The notes below the pieces were generated by a model. That model did not search any database, was not told the DNA's origin, and worked only from the letters and a program-made list of their open reading frames with translations. Shown here in pieces: positions 37,301 through 45,798 of a stretch of DNA of 64,000 bases (positions within the stretch are counted from its first letter, which is position 1; each line of letters begins with the position of its first letter). The stretch is from NCBI GenBank assembly GCA_965112735.1, contig OZ218955.1:310001-374000 (forward strand). Reading direction: 5' to 3'. A program made the translations under genes and the position numbers. Source of the DNA: Phaeosaccion multiseriatum (Eukaryota > Protista > Ochrophyta, other classes).

Positions 37301-40071
37301 AGGGCCGGGCCCCGCCTCCGCCGAGTGGGAAGGTGCATCTCTTTCGAGCTCAAGATGTCGCTACTCGAAGATGCACTGAGGCAGACGGGCTATGTAGGAC
37401 CGTGTGTAAGTGTGCGCCTTGACCACCACCTCAAGTTGACGAGTCTGGACAGAGAGGAGTCGGACCCTGCAGTGTCGCAGGTGGGTTAGGGAGGTTACTA
37501 CGTGCAGTTGGGTCACACCTCTGTCTGTCCTGACACCCCCCTCTCTCCTGTCCTGACAACCCTTACAGTGCATCTTCGTGCAGGCGTTTCATCAGTTACA
37601 CTTCAGACCGCCACACGTGCTGCGTCTCAATCAGGTCCGTCCCCATATTTCTGTCTCGCTAACGCACTCACTCGCTCACTTACTCACTCACTCACTCACT
37701 CAATCACTCACTCACTCACTCACTCACTCACTCACTTCCTTACTCCCTCCCTCACTCACTCACTCACTACTCACCCCCTCACTCACTCACTCACTCACTC
37801 ACACGCTCACTCGCTCTCTTCTCATTCACTCACTCACCCACCGAAACACACACCCACGCACTCCCCCCCTCACCCACGCACTCCCCCCCTCACCCACGCA
37901 CTCCCTCCCTCACTCACTCACTCCCTCACTCACTCCCTCCCCCACTCACTCCCTCACTCACTCACTCACTCACTCCTTCACTCACTCACTCACCCCCTCA
38001 CTCACCCCCTCACTCCCTCCCTCACTCACTCACTCCCTCACCCTCACTCACTCACTCACTCACTCACAGGTTGCCGGCAAGGTGTTCGACGTGTCCTTCC
38101 AGGGAGAGAGCGGCATCGACGCTGGAGGAGTGTTCCGAGATGCCATCACAGAGATGGTTGAGGACCTTCACAGCCCCTCCCTACACCTGTTGGTGCTCTG
38201 CCCCAACGGGAGGAGCCAGTTGCAAGTCAACGCGGATCGCTACATCCCCTCTCCGGAGTGTACCTCCCCACTGGCCATTCAGCAGCTCGAGTTTGTGGGT
38301 GAGTGGGGTGGATGGCAATGGATGGCAGGGAAGGAGGGAGGGGTTGCCAAGACTCGAGCGTAACCAAACGCTTTGTTCTGTCATCTGATGACTGTCCTCC
38401 CCAAACACACACTCCTGCTCATGCTCCTCCTTCTCCTCCCCCCCATCCACTGCCATCCGCGGTCCAACCTCAGGCAAGCTGCTCGGCATGAGTCTCCGCA
38501 CCAAGGCCACGCTCCCGTTCTGCTGCCCTCAGCTGCTGTGGCGGGGACTGCTGGGGCACGAGCTCTCGTTGGATGACCTCGCTTCGGCTGACACAGGAGC
38601 CGCACACCTCATTGAGGCGCTGAGGGACGAGGATATGACTCAAGGTGAGAGGGAGGGAGGGAGGGAGGGAGGGAGGGAGGGAGGGAGGGAGGGAGGTAAA
38701 CACCATATCAACCTGCGAACGTGAAACGGCCCCTTTACCTAACGTATAGCCTGACTTATGTATTTATCACTTGTGTGTGTTCTGTCTATCCCCGGGCTCC
38801 TCACCCATATGCCGACGAGATACTCCTCCTAACCCATATACCTTTCCCTATCCTTCCATCTCCACCCCCATCACCATCCTCATGTGCCTACAGAGGCCTT
38901 CGATGCCTCGTACGGAGATGCGCTGACCTTCACCGCCACCGGAACAACGGGTAAGGTCACAGAACTCATCCCGGGGGGCGCGACCGTCCCGGTGACCTTT
39001 AGCAACCGACAAGACTACAGCCGCAGGGTGGAGGCGTTCCGCGTGACGGAGCTGGACAGGCAGATCGCGGCCATGAGAAGGGGGCTCGGGACCATCGTGC
39101 CGCTGCGGCTGCTCGAGCTCTTCACTTGGCATCAGGTGGGTGCGTGGGTGGGTGGTGGTGTATCAGATCTAAGTCTCGCGGCGGTTTCATAAATAGACCT
39201 CAACGCTCCCTTCGATCAATACCAGCCAGCGGAGGATCACCCACAGCAAGAGGCGGACAATGAGTAGTAGTACTTAAGAGAGGATGGGTTGGTGCTACAC
39301 CCTCCGTCTACTGCCATCTGTCTCTGCCACGACGTGTTGCTAATAGTGAAGAATCTCTGACCATGTCTTTCCGCCCGCGCCCCCCACTAACGCTTGCTGG
39401 GCCCCACTCCCTGACTTACCAACTTGTTAGGTGGAGGTGCTGTGCGCAGGCCAGCCCGACATTGACCTCGTGCTGCTGCAAGAGCACACGGACTATCGCG
39501 GCTACAGCAAGGAGAGTCCCACGGTGCAGCGCTTCTGGGCGGTGATGGAGGGCTTTAGCAGCCACGAAAGGAGTCAGTTCATACGCTTCGTGTGGGGCAG
39601 GAGCAGGCTTCCTCCACGTGGCAGGCCGTGGCCACAGCGGTTCAAGGTGCATAAGATGCAGAGGTGCGTGCGTTGGTTATTCAAAGGATGTAGCTGTAAA
39701 GAGGTGTGTGTGTTGGTGATTCAAAGGATGTAGCTGTAAAGAGGTGTGTGTGTGGTATGGTATGTGTTACCAGGTTCATGCAATGGTGTAGCGATGTACA
39801 GGCGGCGCGTGCGTGCTTGTGTTGTTGTTGCAAGTTACTCAATGAAAGGGCACCTTACCCCCCTTTCTTTGGGCGCGACTTTCCTGATTTGTTCGCTCCC
39901 TCCCGACCCGTCTCCCGACCCATCATCATCAGGTGTTCGGACGCCACTCTACCGGTGACGCACACGTGCTTCTTTAGCATCGAAATCCCGGACTATAGCT
40001 CAGAGCGAGTGCTGAGGGAGCGGCTCAGGACGGCGCTGAACTATGGAGTAGGGGGCATCCTCAACGCGTGA
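405..40071 (+). CDS. Giant multidomain HECT-type E3 ubiquitin ligase (~10,070 aa, 37 exons)
   Basis: Phase-consistent GT-AG exon chain assembled by eye: 405-1454, 1713-1895, 2064-2216, 2398-2655, 3250-3462, 3791-4096, 4195-4259, 4427-5795, 6002-7833, 8111-8297, 8517-9851, 10082-10898, 11181-11496, 11604-11964, 12300-12809, 13150-14781, 15016-20424, 20600-21335, 21603-22320 (contains a 1-nt frameshift), 22496-22621, 22915-23028, 23255-23617, 23951-26509, 26687-28777, 29196-29437, 29715-29817, 30596-30827, 31033-33204, 33377-34037, 34263-36987, 37181-37480, 37569-37634, 38070-38298, 38474-38644, 38894-39135, 39431-39663, 39933-40071 (sum 30,218 nt). Domains continue cleanly across junctions and the chain ends in a complete HECT domain. 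The start ATG at 405 is uncertain because it directly follows an acceptor-like cttccctccccag. Confidence 0.8.
1800..2655 (+). other. N-terminal DOC/F5-8C-like (galactose-binding jelly-roll) domain of the giant ligase
   Basis: Spliced exons 2-4 give RANSNSEAYRPIRALGSDSFYWSS...WGVVFSSYVSVSSVRLKWHKDCLPRVVEV...MKLTFKG, the pattern of APC10/DOC and discoidin-like folds. Boundaries are approximate. Confidence 0.5.
2656..2957 (+). repeat. (GAGT)n intronic microsatellite starting at the donor site
   Basis: About 300 bp of gtgagtgagt... immediately after exon 4. Confidence 0.95.
4060..4930 (+). other. SPRY/B30.2 domain 1
   Basis: GMAMWEMAL...GLLLGLV...LQPGDVLRFVVNADAGTMTVE...LTFERI...QPAVGF. Confidence 0.65.
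5020..6170 (+). other. NPCBM/NEW2 putative carbohydrate-binding domain, interrupted by a Pro/Gly-rich insert
   Basis: RGWQGGKHG...FRGSFLPNALCCMAP [~140 aa insert] SVSYQLPLDQYETFRSSVGFADSS...VVFQVICDSVPLWTSQPL...VELCVRRIRELELRV...ALWINPIL matches the NPCBM consensus order of motifs. Confidence 0.65.
9230..10120 (+). other. SPRY/B30.2 domain 2
   Basis: LQFHPTLHGPNVQV...GEHTFQIQV...SLGFALV...IGYLSTG...YGRPYGTGDMVTMTV...VSFAVNGQSQGLV...LVPVVVL. Confidence 0.75.
10690..11910 (+). other. SPRY/B30.2 domain 3
   Basis: GVHMWDVLV...MCVGVT...GWGLLNSG...YCAPLHTGDVVTVVLDVSAGTLAYKLNGADCGVAF...LYPCVSLREPGDSVRL across exons 12-14. Confidence 0.8.
11972..12125 (+). repeat. (CTAC)n degenerate intronic microsatellite
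   Basis: ctacctacccacccacctacc... Confidence 0.9.
15930..17245 (+). other. LamG/concanavalin-A-like (pentraxin-like) domain with long low-complexity loops
   Basis: TTLTAWVRP...IASGEWAHVAVV...AQVYVNG...WQIG...GFKGFVAHVCVWGTALTGWEV...LLSYWPL. Confidence 0.75.
21725..22155 (+). other. Two UBA domains (UBA1, UBA2)
   Basis: ELSMLGFELPICVKSLELNGDQPDRAAEWLL and EELVLITNVPPKLCFRALEMFSDSREASVNWLL. The two lie in different frames in this assembly. Confidence 0.7.
22290..26820 (+). other. Five tandem F5/8 type C (discoidin/FA58C) domains
   Basis: Repeated pattern such as GYITDSQWSASS...ARL...W...YLQVNLG...VSGVATQG...VTAFRLQLSLDGEDW...AKFVRFLPVSWQEHISFRVEV, and GMESGKVADSQLTCSS...GRLNS...AWVAG...QWLQIDFKSRQIVTGISTQG...FKGNADNTSIVSHVL...LRCEVY. 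Confidence 0.9.
28996..29137 (+). repeat. (GACT)n/(GATT)n intronic microsatellite
   Basis: tgactgactgactg...gattgattga upstream of acceptor 29195. Confidence 0.9.
29196..29785 (+). other. CUB-like domain of the ES.HPY...FD.RC...WGY.F.V type (as in HECTD4/ZZEF1-like proteins)
   Basis: VRESLHPYF...VVFKGCTALRVHFDPRCRT...IHGNRFFFKFSS...GWGYRFSVVP. Confidence 0.65.
29963..30590 (+). repeat. (CCGT/CCCT)n intronic microsatellite, ~630 bp
   Basis: Compound ccctccgtccgt, then ccct, then ctac array ending at acceptor 30595. Confidence 0.95.
32670..32889 (+). repeat. Coding (GAG/AAG)n tract, poly-Lys then ~60 Glu
   Basis: Within exon 28 of the giant ligase. Comparable coding (GGA)n poly-Gly tracts lie at ~33610-33720 and ~36097-36190. 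Confidence 0.9.
33175..34605 (+). other. Two UBA domains (UBA3, UBA4)
   Basis: EEKVQQMADLGMDAEWCRAALRRCGDDSDRATGYLF (split by intron 33205-33376) and VDPSALSQMTAMGLDVEWARASLRRCANEVAAAVEFCF. Confidence 0.8.
35590..36440 (+). other. Sixth F5/8 type C (discoidin) domain
   Basis: ALGMGSGAIGDDQLLARS...GWVAGESNAEQWLQVDLLTPTKLTGLALQG...VQQFNIRVSEDGRRW...LPGNYD...ARFVRICPTRW...CLRLELFG. Confidence 0.85.
37569..40071 (+). other. HECT catalytic domain
   Basis: FDVSFQGESGIDAGGVFRD...EFVGKLLGMSLR...ELIPGGATVPVT...QIAAMRRGL...FWAVMEGFSSHERSQFIRFVWGRSRLP...LPVTHTCFFSIEIPDYSS...LRERLRTAL. The catalytic Cys codon is at 39967-39969. Confidence 0.97.
37665..38066 (+). repeat. (CTCA)n intronic microsatellite running into the acceptor
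   Basis: cactcactca...cactcacag|GTT. Confidence 0.95.
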
Positions 40072-40407
40072 TGGAGGGAGGGGAGGAAGTAAGTAAGTGA
40101 GTAGAGTGAGTTGAAGTGAGTGGAGTGGGGTGATTTGAGTGAATGAGTTGATGTGAGTGGAGTGGGTGATTTGTAGTTTGTGTGAGTGCGTTGATGTGAG
40201 TGGAGTGGGTGGTTTGTGTGAGTGCGTGGGGTCTCGTAGCCCGCTGTGGGGAGAGACGACAGAGAAGGGAGGGACACAAGAGAGAGTAGGGCAGAGAGCA
40301 AGAAAGCGAGAGGACAGAAGCAGAGCGAGGGTGGGAGGGGGGAGAGGATTGGGGCGGGGCTGAGAGTACCAGCTTCGCTCCATCGAGAGGAGGGTCTTGA
40401 GGGGGCT

Positions 40408-40418
40408 ATTATATATAC

Positions 40419-40453
<35 letters not shown>

Positions 40454-40590
40454 TATATATATATAATATATATATTATATATATATAATTTATATTATAT
40501 ATATATAATTTATATATATATATATATAAATTACTATAAATTATTAAATATGTATATATATATAATTATATATATATATTATATATATAT
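40408..40590. repeat. Degenerate (TA)n tract between genes 1 and 2
   Basis: About 180 bp, almost purely A/T, in an otherwise GC-rich window. Confidence 0.95.
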
Positions 40591-40903
40591 GTACTTTGTG
40601 TAGTGTAGTTAAATCGCAAAAAAAAAAGAATCTGTCCATCTCCTGGCCCCGAGCCCAGAAGGCGGTGTCGTGCCCCTCCCCCGCAGCCACACGCCCCCTA
40701 TCCTGTGCCCTCCTCTGAGGCGCGTGGGAATTGTACTCCACAGCCAACCAACCAACCAGCCAAACCGCAGCGGCGGGGTGGGGAGTCACAGGCTGTCTCG
40801 ATGGGAGAGTTGGTTCTTCGCTAGCCCCACCGCCCGCCGTTGAGAGGGGTCAAGGTACAAAAAATAAAAGAGTCTGTAAGGACTACGATTGCCCGATACC
40901 GAC

Positions 40904-41827
40904 ATGGACAGGTGCCGGGTCTTCTTGGCTCTTTTGGGAGGATTGTCGTTGGCGTCTACAGCAGTGGCAGTCGCAGTAGCAGCACGAGTAGAATCGTCGA
41001 CCTTCAGCCTTGAGCTCGAGAGCCCAGAGGCAAGCCTGTGCCACAGCGCAGAGGCTCTCATCACCGCGAGACTCACTGTAGTGGGGGAAGCCGAGGGCAG
41101 TGGCGAGGGGAAAGGAGGGCCTGTCCCTGGCTTCGTATGCTTCAAACTAGACGGCGGCGATCCCGGATGTCTACCCGCCTCCCAGCTAATGGAGCTGAAA
41201 GAGGGGGGGGGTCTTGCGAGGGCGAACGCAGGCGTTGGCCAAGACCAGGACCGCGACCACCCACCTTCGCAGCAGCAGCAGCAGCAGCAGCAGCAGCGGG
41301 GAGCCAGCGGCTCAATCACAGCCGCTGACCTAGCCCAAGGGTGCCACATGGTGGAGGCCTGGTGGCAGCGTTCCGGCGGACGGGAGGAGCAGGATGAACC
41401 GATAAGAAGCGCCAGGAGTAGTACCAGCAGCGAGAGAAGTAGTGTCGTCCGGCGGCTGTTCGAAGTCGGTGCGTGCAACCTCACTTACAAGCGGATGCGG
41501 CTGCTGTAGCGCCCCCCCCCCTTCTCTCTCTGTGTGTGAGCGCGCGTCGTGTGTAGTGTGTGTGTGTGTGTGTGTGTGTTTGTATACGCTTACAAACTGC
41601 TGCTATTGCGCCCCCTTGGCTGCCTCTCGCACCCCCGCTCGCTTGTTATGATGGCCCCTAATACCCCATCCCCGGCCATCCCCTGACTGCCATCCCCTTA
41701 TCAACTGCCATCGACTGCTCAAGTTCGCCAACGCGAACCTCTGCCCTAACCCCTTTCCAATAAGACGAAAACCCTCTCGTCTCGATCTAATCTATTTTCC
41801 ACTGCCCCTCCTCTCGCGCTCTCTCGC

Positions 41828-41869
<42 letters not shown>

Positions 41870-43240
41870 TCTCTCTCTCCCTCTCTCTCTCTCTCCCTCT
41901 CTCTCTCTCTCTGTGTGTGTGTGTGTATGTGTCTCGATCTTCCCTCAGGAGATGAAGGGCTGGGGGCGTGTTTCGAGGCCTGTCAAGCTCCACTCTTCCG
42001 CTCGCTTCTCCTCCCCGCTCCCACCGATAATGAGGAGACGGCAGGAGGACCCAAGGGAGGGCAAGAGGGAGGGCCCAACAGAGGCCCCAGCCAGTCCGCC
42101 TGGGGGGGGGGTGGTACGAGTGTGACGTTTCCGACGGAACAGATTGTTGTGACGTCTCCCAGGATGGGGCAGAGACTTGCTCCAAAGGTGGATGTGCTCG
42201 TGGCGGTGAAGACAATCCCACCGATGATGGCCCTGGCAGCAGCAGCAGCAGTTGGTGATACAGGAGGAAGAGGAGAAGGGGAAGGGGACAGGGCTGTGGA
42301 GGAGGAGAGTGAGGCGGATAACAACAACAACAACAACAACAACAACAGTATCTTTTGGAAAACGAGCCAAGTCTGCATTCGCGTGTTCGATTCCTCCTCG
42401 CGGCACTTAGTGGGCGCCGCCTGCGGAGAGCAAGAGGACATGGTGCTCTCAAATCTGCCCTCGGGGGGGTACTTGATGCAAGCCACCTGGAAGGTGACGG
42501 CAGGGGCGGAGGGAGGGGAGCAGGGGGGAGGAGGGGGGAGGGGAGGGGAGAGAGGGGAGGGAGAGGGGGAGGAGCGGGTGGTGGCAGCGTCTGCGGAGGT
42601 TTCGTTCGAAGTGATGGACTTGGGAGGAGGGGACGGAGGTTTCCGAGTGGAGGAGGGAGAGGAGGCGAGGAGAGCGAATGCCGACACGGCAGACGGCAGT
42701 ACGAGTGGCAGTACGAGTGGCAGTACGAGTGGCAGTACGAGTGGCAGTACGAGTGGCAGTACGAGTGGCAGTACGAGTGGCAGCAGCAGGAGCGGTAGTA
42801 GCACCGCTGATGAAGGTTCGGCAGCGGGGATGGAAGAAGAGGCGGAGGCTGGGGCGTGCCAACCCTCGGGAGTAGAGGAAGGGTTCGATGCGTTGAGCTA
42901 CAAGAGAGAGGAGGGTTTCCGCCAGATCTACTCCAAAGGCCACTGGAGCGAGGATGGAGGAAGATCGGGCCAAGGCTCCACTCTTGAGGTGAGGGGGTTC
43001 ACAGGTGGCGCCTTTGGGTGGCCCTTGGGGTGTTGGTGCTACACTGACAGAGAAACTGGTGTTAGGTCGTTAACCTGCGTCGTGCCCTGCCTGCCTAAGT
43101 TCCCGGTTAGTCGCATACTCCTGCCATCTGAGAGTCCGAGCTTCCCTTCGTCACATACTCACTAACCCCTGCCCCCCCTCCTCGTGGTCATTCTGCAACA
43201 CCGTCTTCTGCCTTTGAACCAAACCAAACCAACCACCACC

Positions 43241-43305
<65 letters not shown>

Positions 43306-44509
43306 AAAAGGCGTCCTCGAAGGATCGATCCACCATCCTGCACATCATGACGCGGCTGGGCCTGTCCTCTCTACTCGATGCGGGGTGTGGGGCCATGCAC
43401 TGGCAGCCGCTGCTCATGGAGGCATTCAAGGCATACGAGCAGAGGGACCAGCAAGAGGCATATGGGCAGCAGGACCAGAACCAGGCAAATGAGCAGGGCA
43501 TGTTGGAGGCACAAGGGTATTATGGGCAGGAGGAACGAGGAGGGCTGCGCTACCACGGGGCGGACATTGTGCCGGAGCTCATCTCAAGACATGAGAGGAG
43601 CTTCAAGCACGAGCAGGCATGGAGCTTCTCCGTGCTAGACTTGGCCAGGGGACCCATCCCACACGTACGTAAGGGCTCGTAAGACTGTTTGTATAGGGCT
43701 GTTCGGGAGATTTTTCGTGAGGCTGTTCGTAAGCGTGTGTGAGGGACGGGAAGGAAGGAGGGAGGGAGGGATGGATGGATGAAGGGAAGGAGCAAGGAGG
43801 GAGGGAGGGGGTGGGGGAGGGAGGGACGGAGATAGGTAGGTAGGTAGGTAGTAGGGAGGGAGGGAGGGATATGAGGCAGGGAGGGAGGGAGGGATGGGAG
43901 GCAGGCAGGGAGGGAGGGTGGGGAGGCGAAACACAGTGCCGGCCGGGGAGGAGCGAGAGCGTAAAGTATCATGTGTGCGTGAGCGCCGCCTGAAACCCTC
44001 CTCTTTAGTCTTGTCTAGCACAATCCTCCTACCGAATGCATTCTAACTGGTATGTAACCCCTCCCCCGAGTGCCCTCTAAGTACGCTCAACTGAACTGTA
44101 CTCAAACTGGAACTGCACACTGAACTGTACTCAAACTGGAACTGCACACTGAACTCTACTCAAACTGGAACTGCACACTGAAATCTACTCAGGGCTTCGA
44201 GATGGTTCTGTGCCGCCACGCCCTCTTTCACAACACCAACGCTGCCGTCAGCGGCGTCCTACAGGGGGTGTCAAGAGCCGCTGCAGCAGTTGGTGATACA
44301 GTGGAGCAGGGGGTTGGGTTGAAGTGGTTCCTGGCCACCACGGTGAGGATAGGGACAGGGGCAGCAGGTGGTGATACAGCAGCGGCGGCAGCTGTGATGG
44401 AGATAGAACGGTGCAACGCGACCTTGGGAGGAGTGCTCAACGCAGACATGGCCATCGGTACAGACGGGTAAGGACGGGACTCACAGATGGAGCAAGTCGC
44501 ATCGCATGC

Positions 44510-44551
<42 letters not shown>

Positions 44552-44832
44552 GCACGCACGCACACACACACAGGCGTGCCATGGACTTCGGTGGATACCG
44601 GCCTGTGGCACTGGAGCTGCCGCCCTTCAATCTTCCGCCGCCGGTCTACTTCAGAGAGGACGGCACAACTGATGGTGTTGTATCACCAACTGCTGAGGAT
44701 GGAGGGGGGGGTGGGTGCTCGACCATGGTGCAGGGGTTGGGTCTCTGGCGCATTCCCTTTTCAAATGGCGACGATGGCAGCGATTATGTGGATGTGGAGA
44801 GTGCTGCTGCTGCCCTCCTGCTTCGGGATTGA
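40904..44832 (+). CDS. Secretory-pathway class I SAM-dependent methyltransferase-like protein (~830 aa)
   Basis: Exons 40904-41468, 41949-42988, 43311-43664, 44193-44467, 44574-44832 (2493 nt, in frame). N-terminal signal peptide MDRCRVFLALLGGLSLASTAVAVAVA. Methyltransferase motifs FRQIYSKGHW...SGQGST, LLDAGCG (motif I), YHGADIV, FEMVLCRHALFH and GGYRPVALELPPFNLP. Confidence 0.8.
42695..42782 (+). repeat. Coding 12-bp tandem repeat (GGCAGTACGAGT)x7 encoding (GSTS)7
   Basis: Perfect copies in the linker of the methyltransferase. Confidence 0.95.
44091..44192 (+). repeat. 29-bp intronic minisatellite, ~3.5 copies, ending in the splice acceptor
   Basis: Unit CTGAACTGTACTCAAACTGGAACTGCACA. The last partial unit ends ...ctactcag|GGC. 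Confidence 0.9.
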
Positions 44833-45073
44833 GGAGGAGTAGCAGTTGGTGATACAGCAGAGGGATGCGCGCAGTCGAAGGAAGAATAGGCATGAATACC
44901 TGGGGGCTTGCCGATCCTAAATACCCCGCGCCCGCCAACTAGCGCCCCACACTCGTTCTCTTTTTTAACTGCTGTACTCTTGGATTGGTCGTATCTGCTT
45001 AACCCGCAATGAAACAGAACCGAGAATGGAAAACGCCGCTTGCTCATACCGTATCAAACAACAAAATTGAGTT

Positions 45074-45181
45074 CCTGACCCTGACCCTGACCCTAACCCT
45101 GACCCTAACCCTGACCCTGACCCTGATCGTGACTCTGACCCTAACCCTGACCCTAACCGTAACCCCGACCCTGACCCTAAA
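45074..45181. repeat. Interstitial telomere-like hexamer array (CCCTAA/CCCTGA)n
   Basis: About 18 units mixing CCCTGA, CCCTAA and variants between two convergent genes. Confidence 0.8.
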
Positions 45182-45221
45182 CCTTCACACATCACCCCCC
45201 CCCCGTCCATTGCCATCCCTC

Positions 45222-45767
45222 CTACCCCTCCACCTTCGCAGCCCTTCTTCCCCTGGAGCGTGTGTTGTGCCCGTGTACCTTGACAGGCGTTGGCGGGTCC
45301 TTCTTGACCGGGTGGAGACTGGGGCTCCAGCTGCCCTCCTCCTCCTCCCCCCCCCCCTCCTCCTCCTCCTCCTCCTCCTCCTCCTCCTCCTCCTCCTCCT
45401 CCTCGTCGTCGTCGTCGCCGTACGTCTTCTTCTTCTTGCTAACCCGTGCCCTCTTCTTCTTCTTCTTCTTCTTCTTCTTCTTCTTCTTCTTCTTCTCCTT
45501 CTTCTCCTTCTTCTTCTTCTTCGGCGTAACGGGGGCGACTGCACTGTCTTGTTTGGTGTCATCGGCTTCGGCCCTCTCTTGAGTGGGGCAAGTCTCTGCG
45601 GCCGCCTGAGCTGCGACGAGAGCAGCTTCATCCTTCTCCCACTCCTCCTCCTCCTCCTCCTCCTCCTCCTCCTCCTCCTCCTCCTCCTCCTCCTCTTTGC
45701 GCTGTCGCTTCTTGGCGGCTGGAGCAGGCTGGTAGGCGGGGCAGGCACGGGGGGTTCAGCTTCAATT

Positions 45768-45798
<31 letters not shown>

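Noticed and set aside
405-40071. Splitting the region into several genes, or calling it a pseudogene
   Set aside because: Every ORF end coincides with a donor and resumes in phase at an acceptor. There is only one frameshift, in a homopolymer-rich tract, and the HECT Cys is intact.
45729-45762. Apparent frameshift in the last exon of the zinc-finger gene
   Set aside because: It is resolved by using the acceptor ...ctaccag|CCT at 45728 instead of ...ttgaag at 45760.
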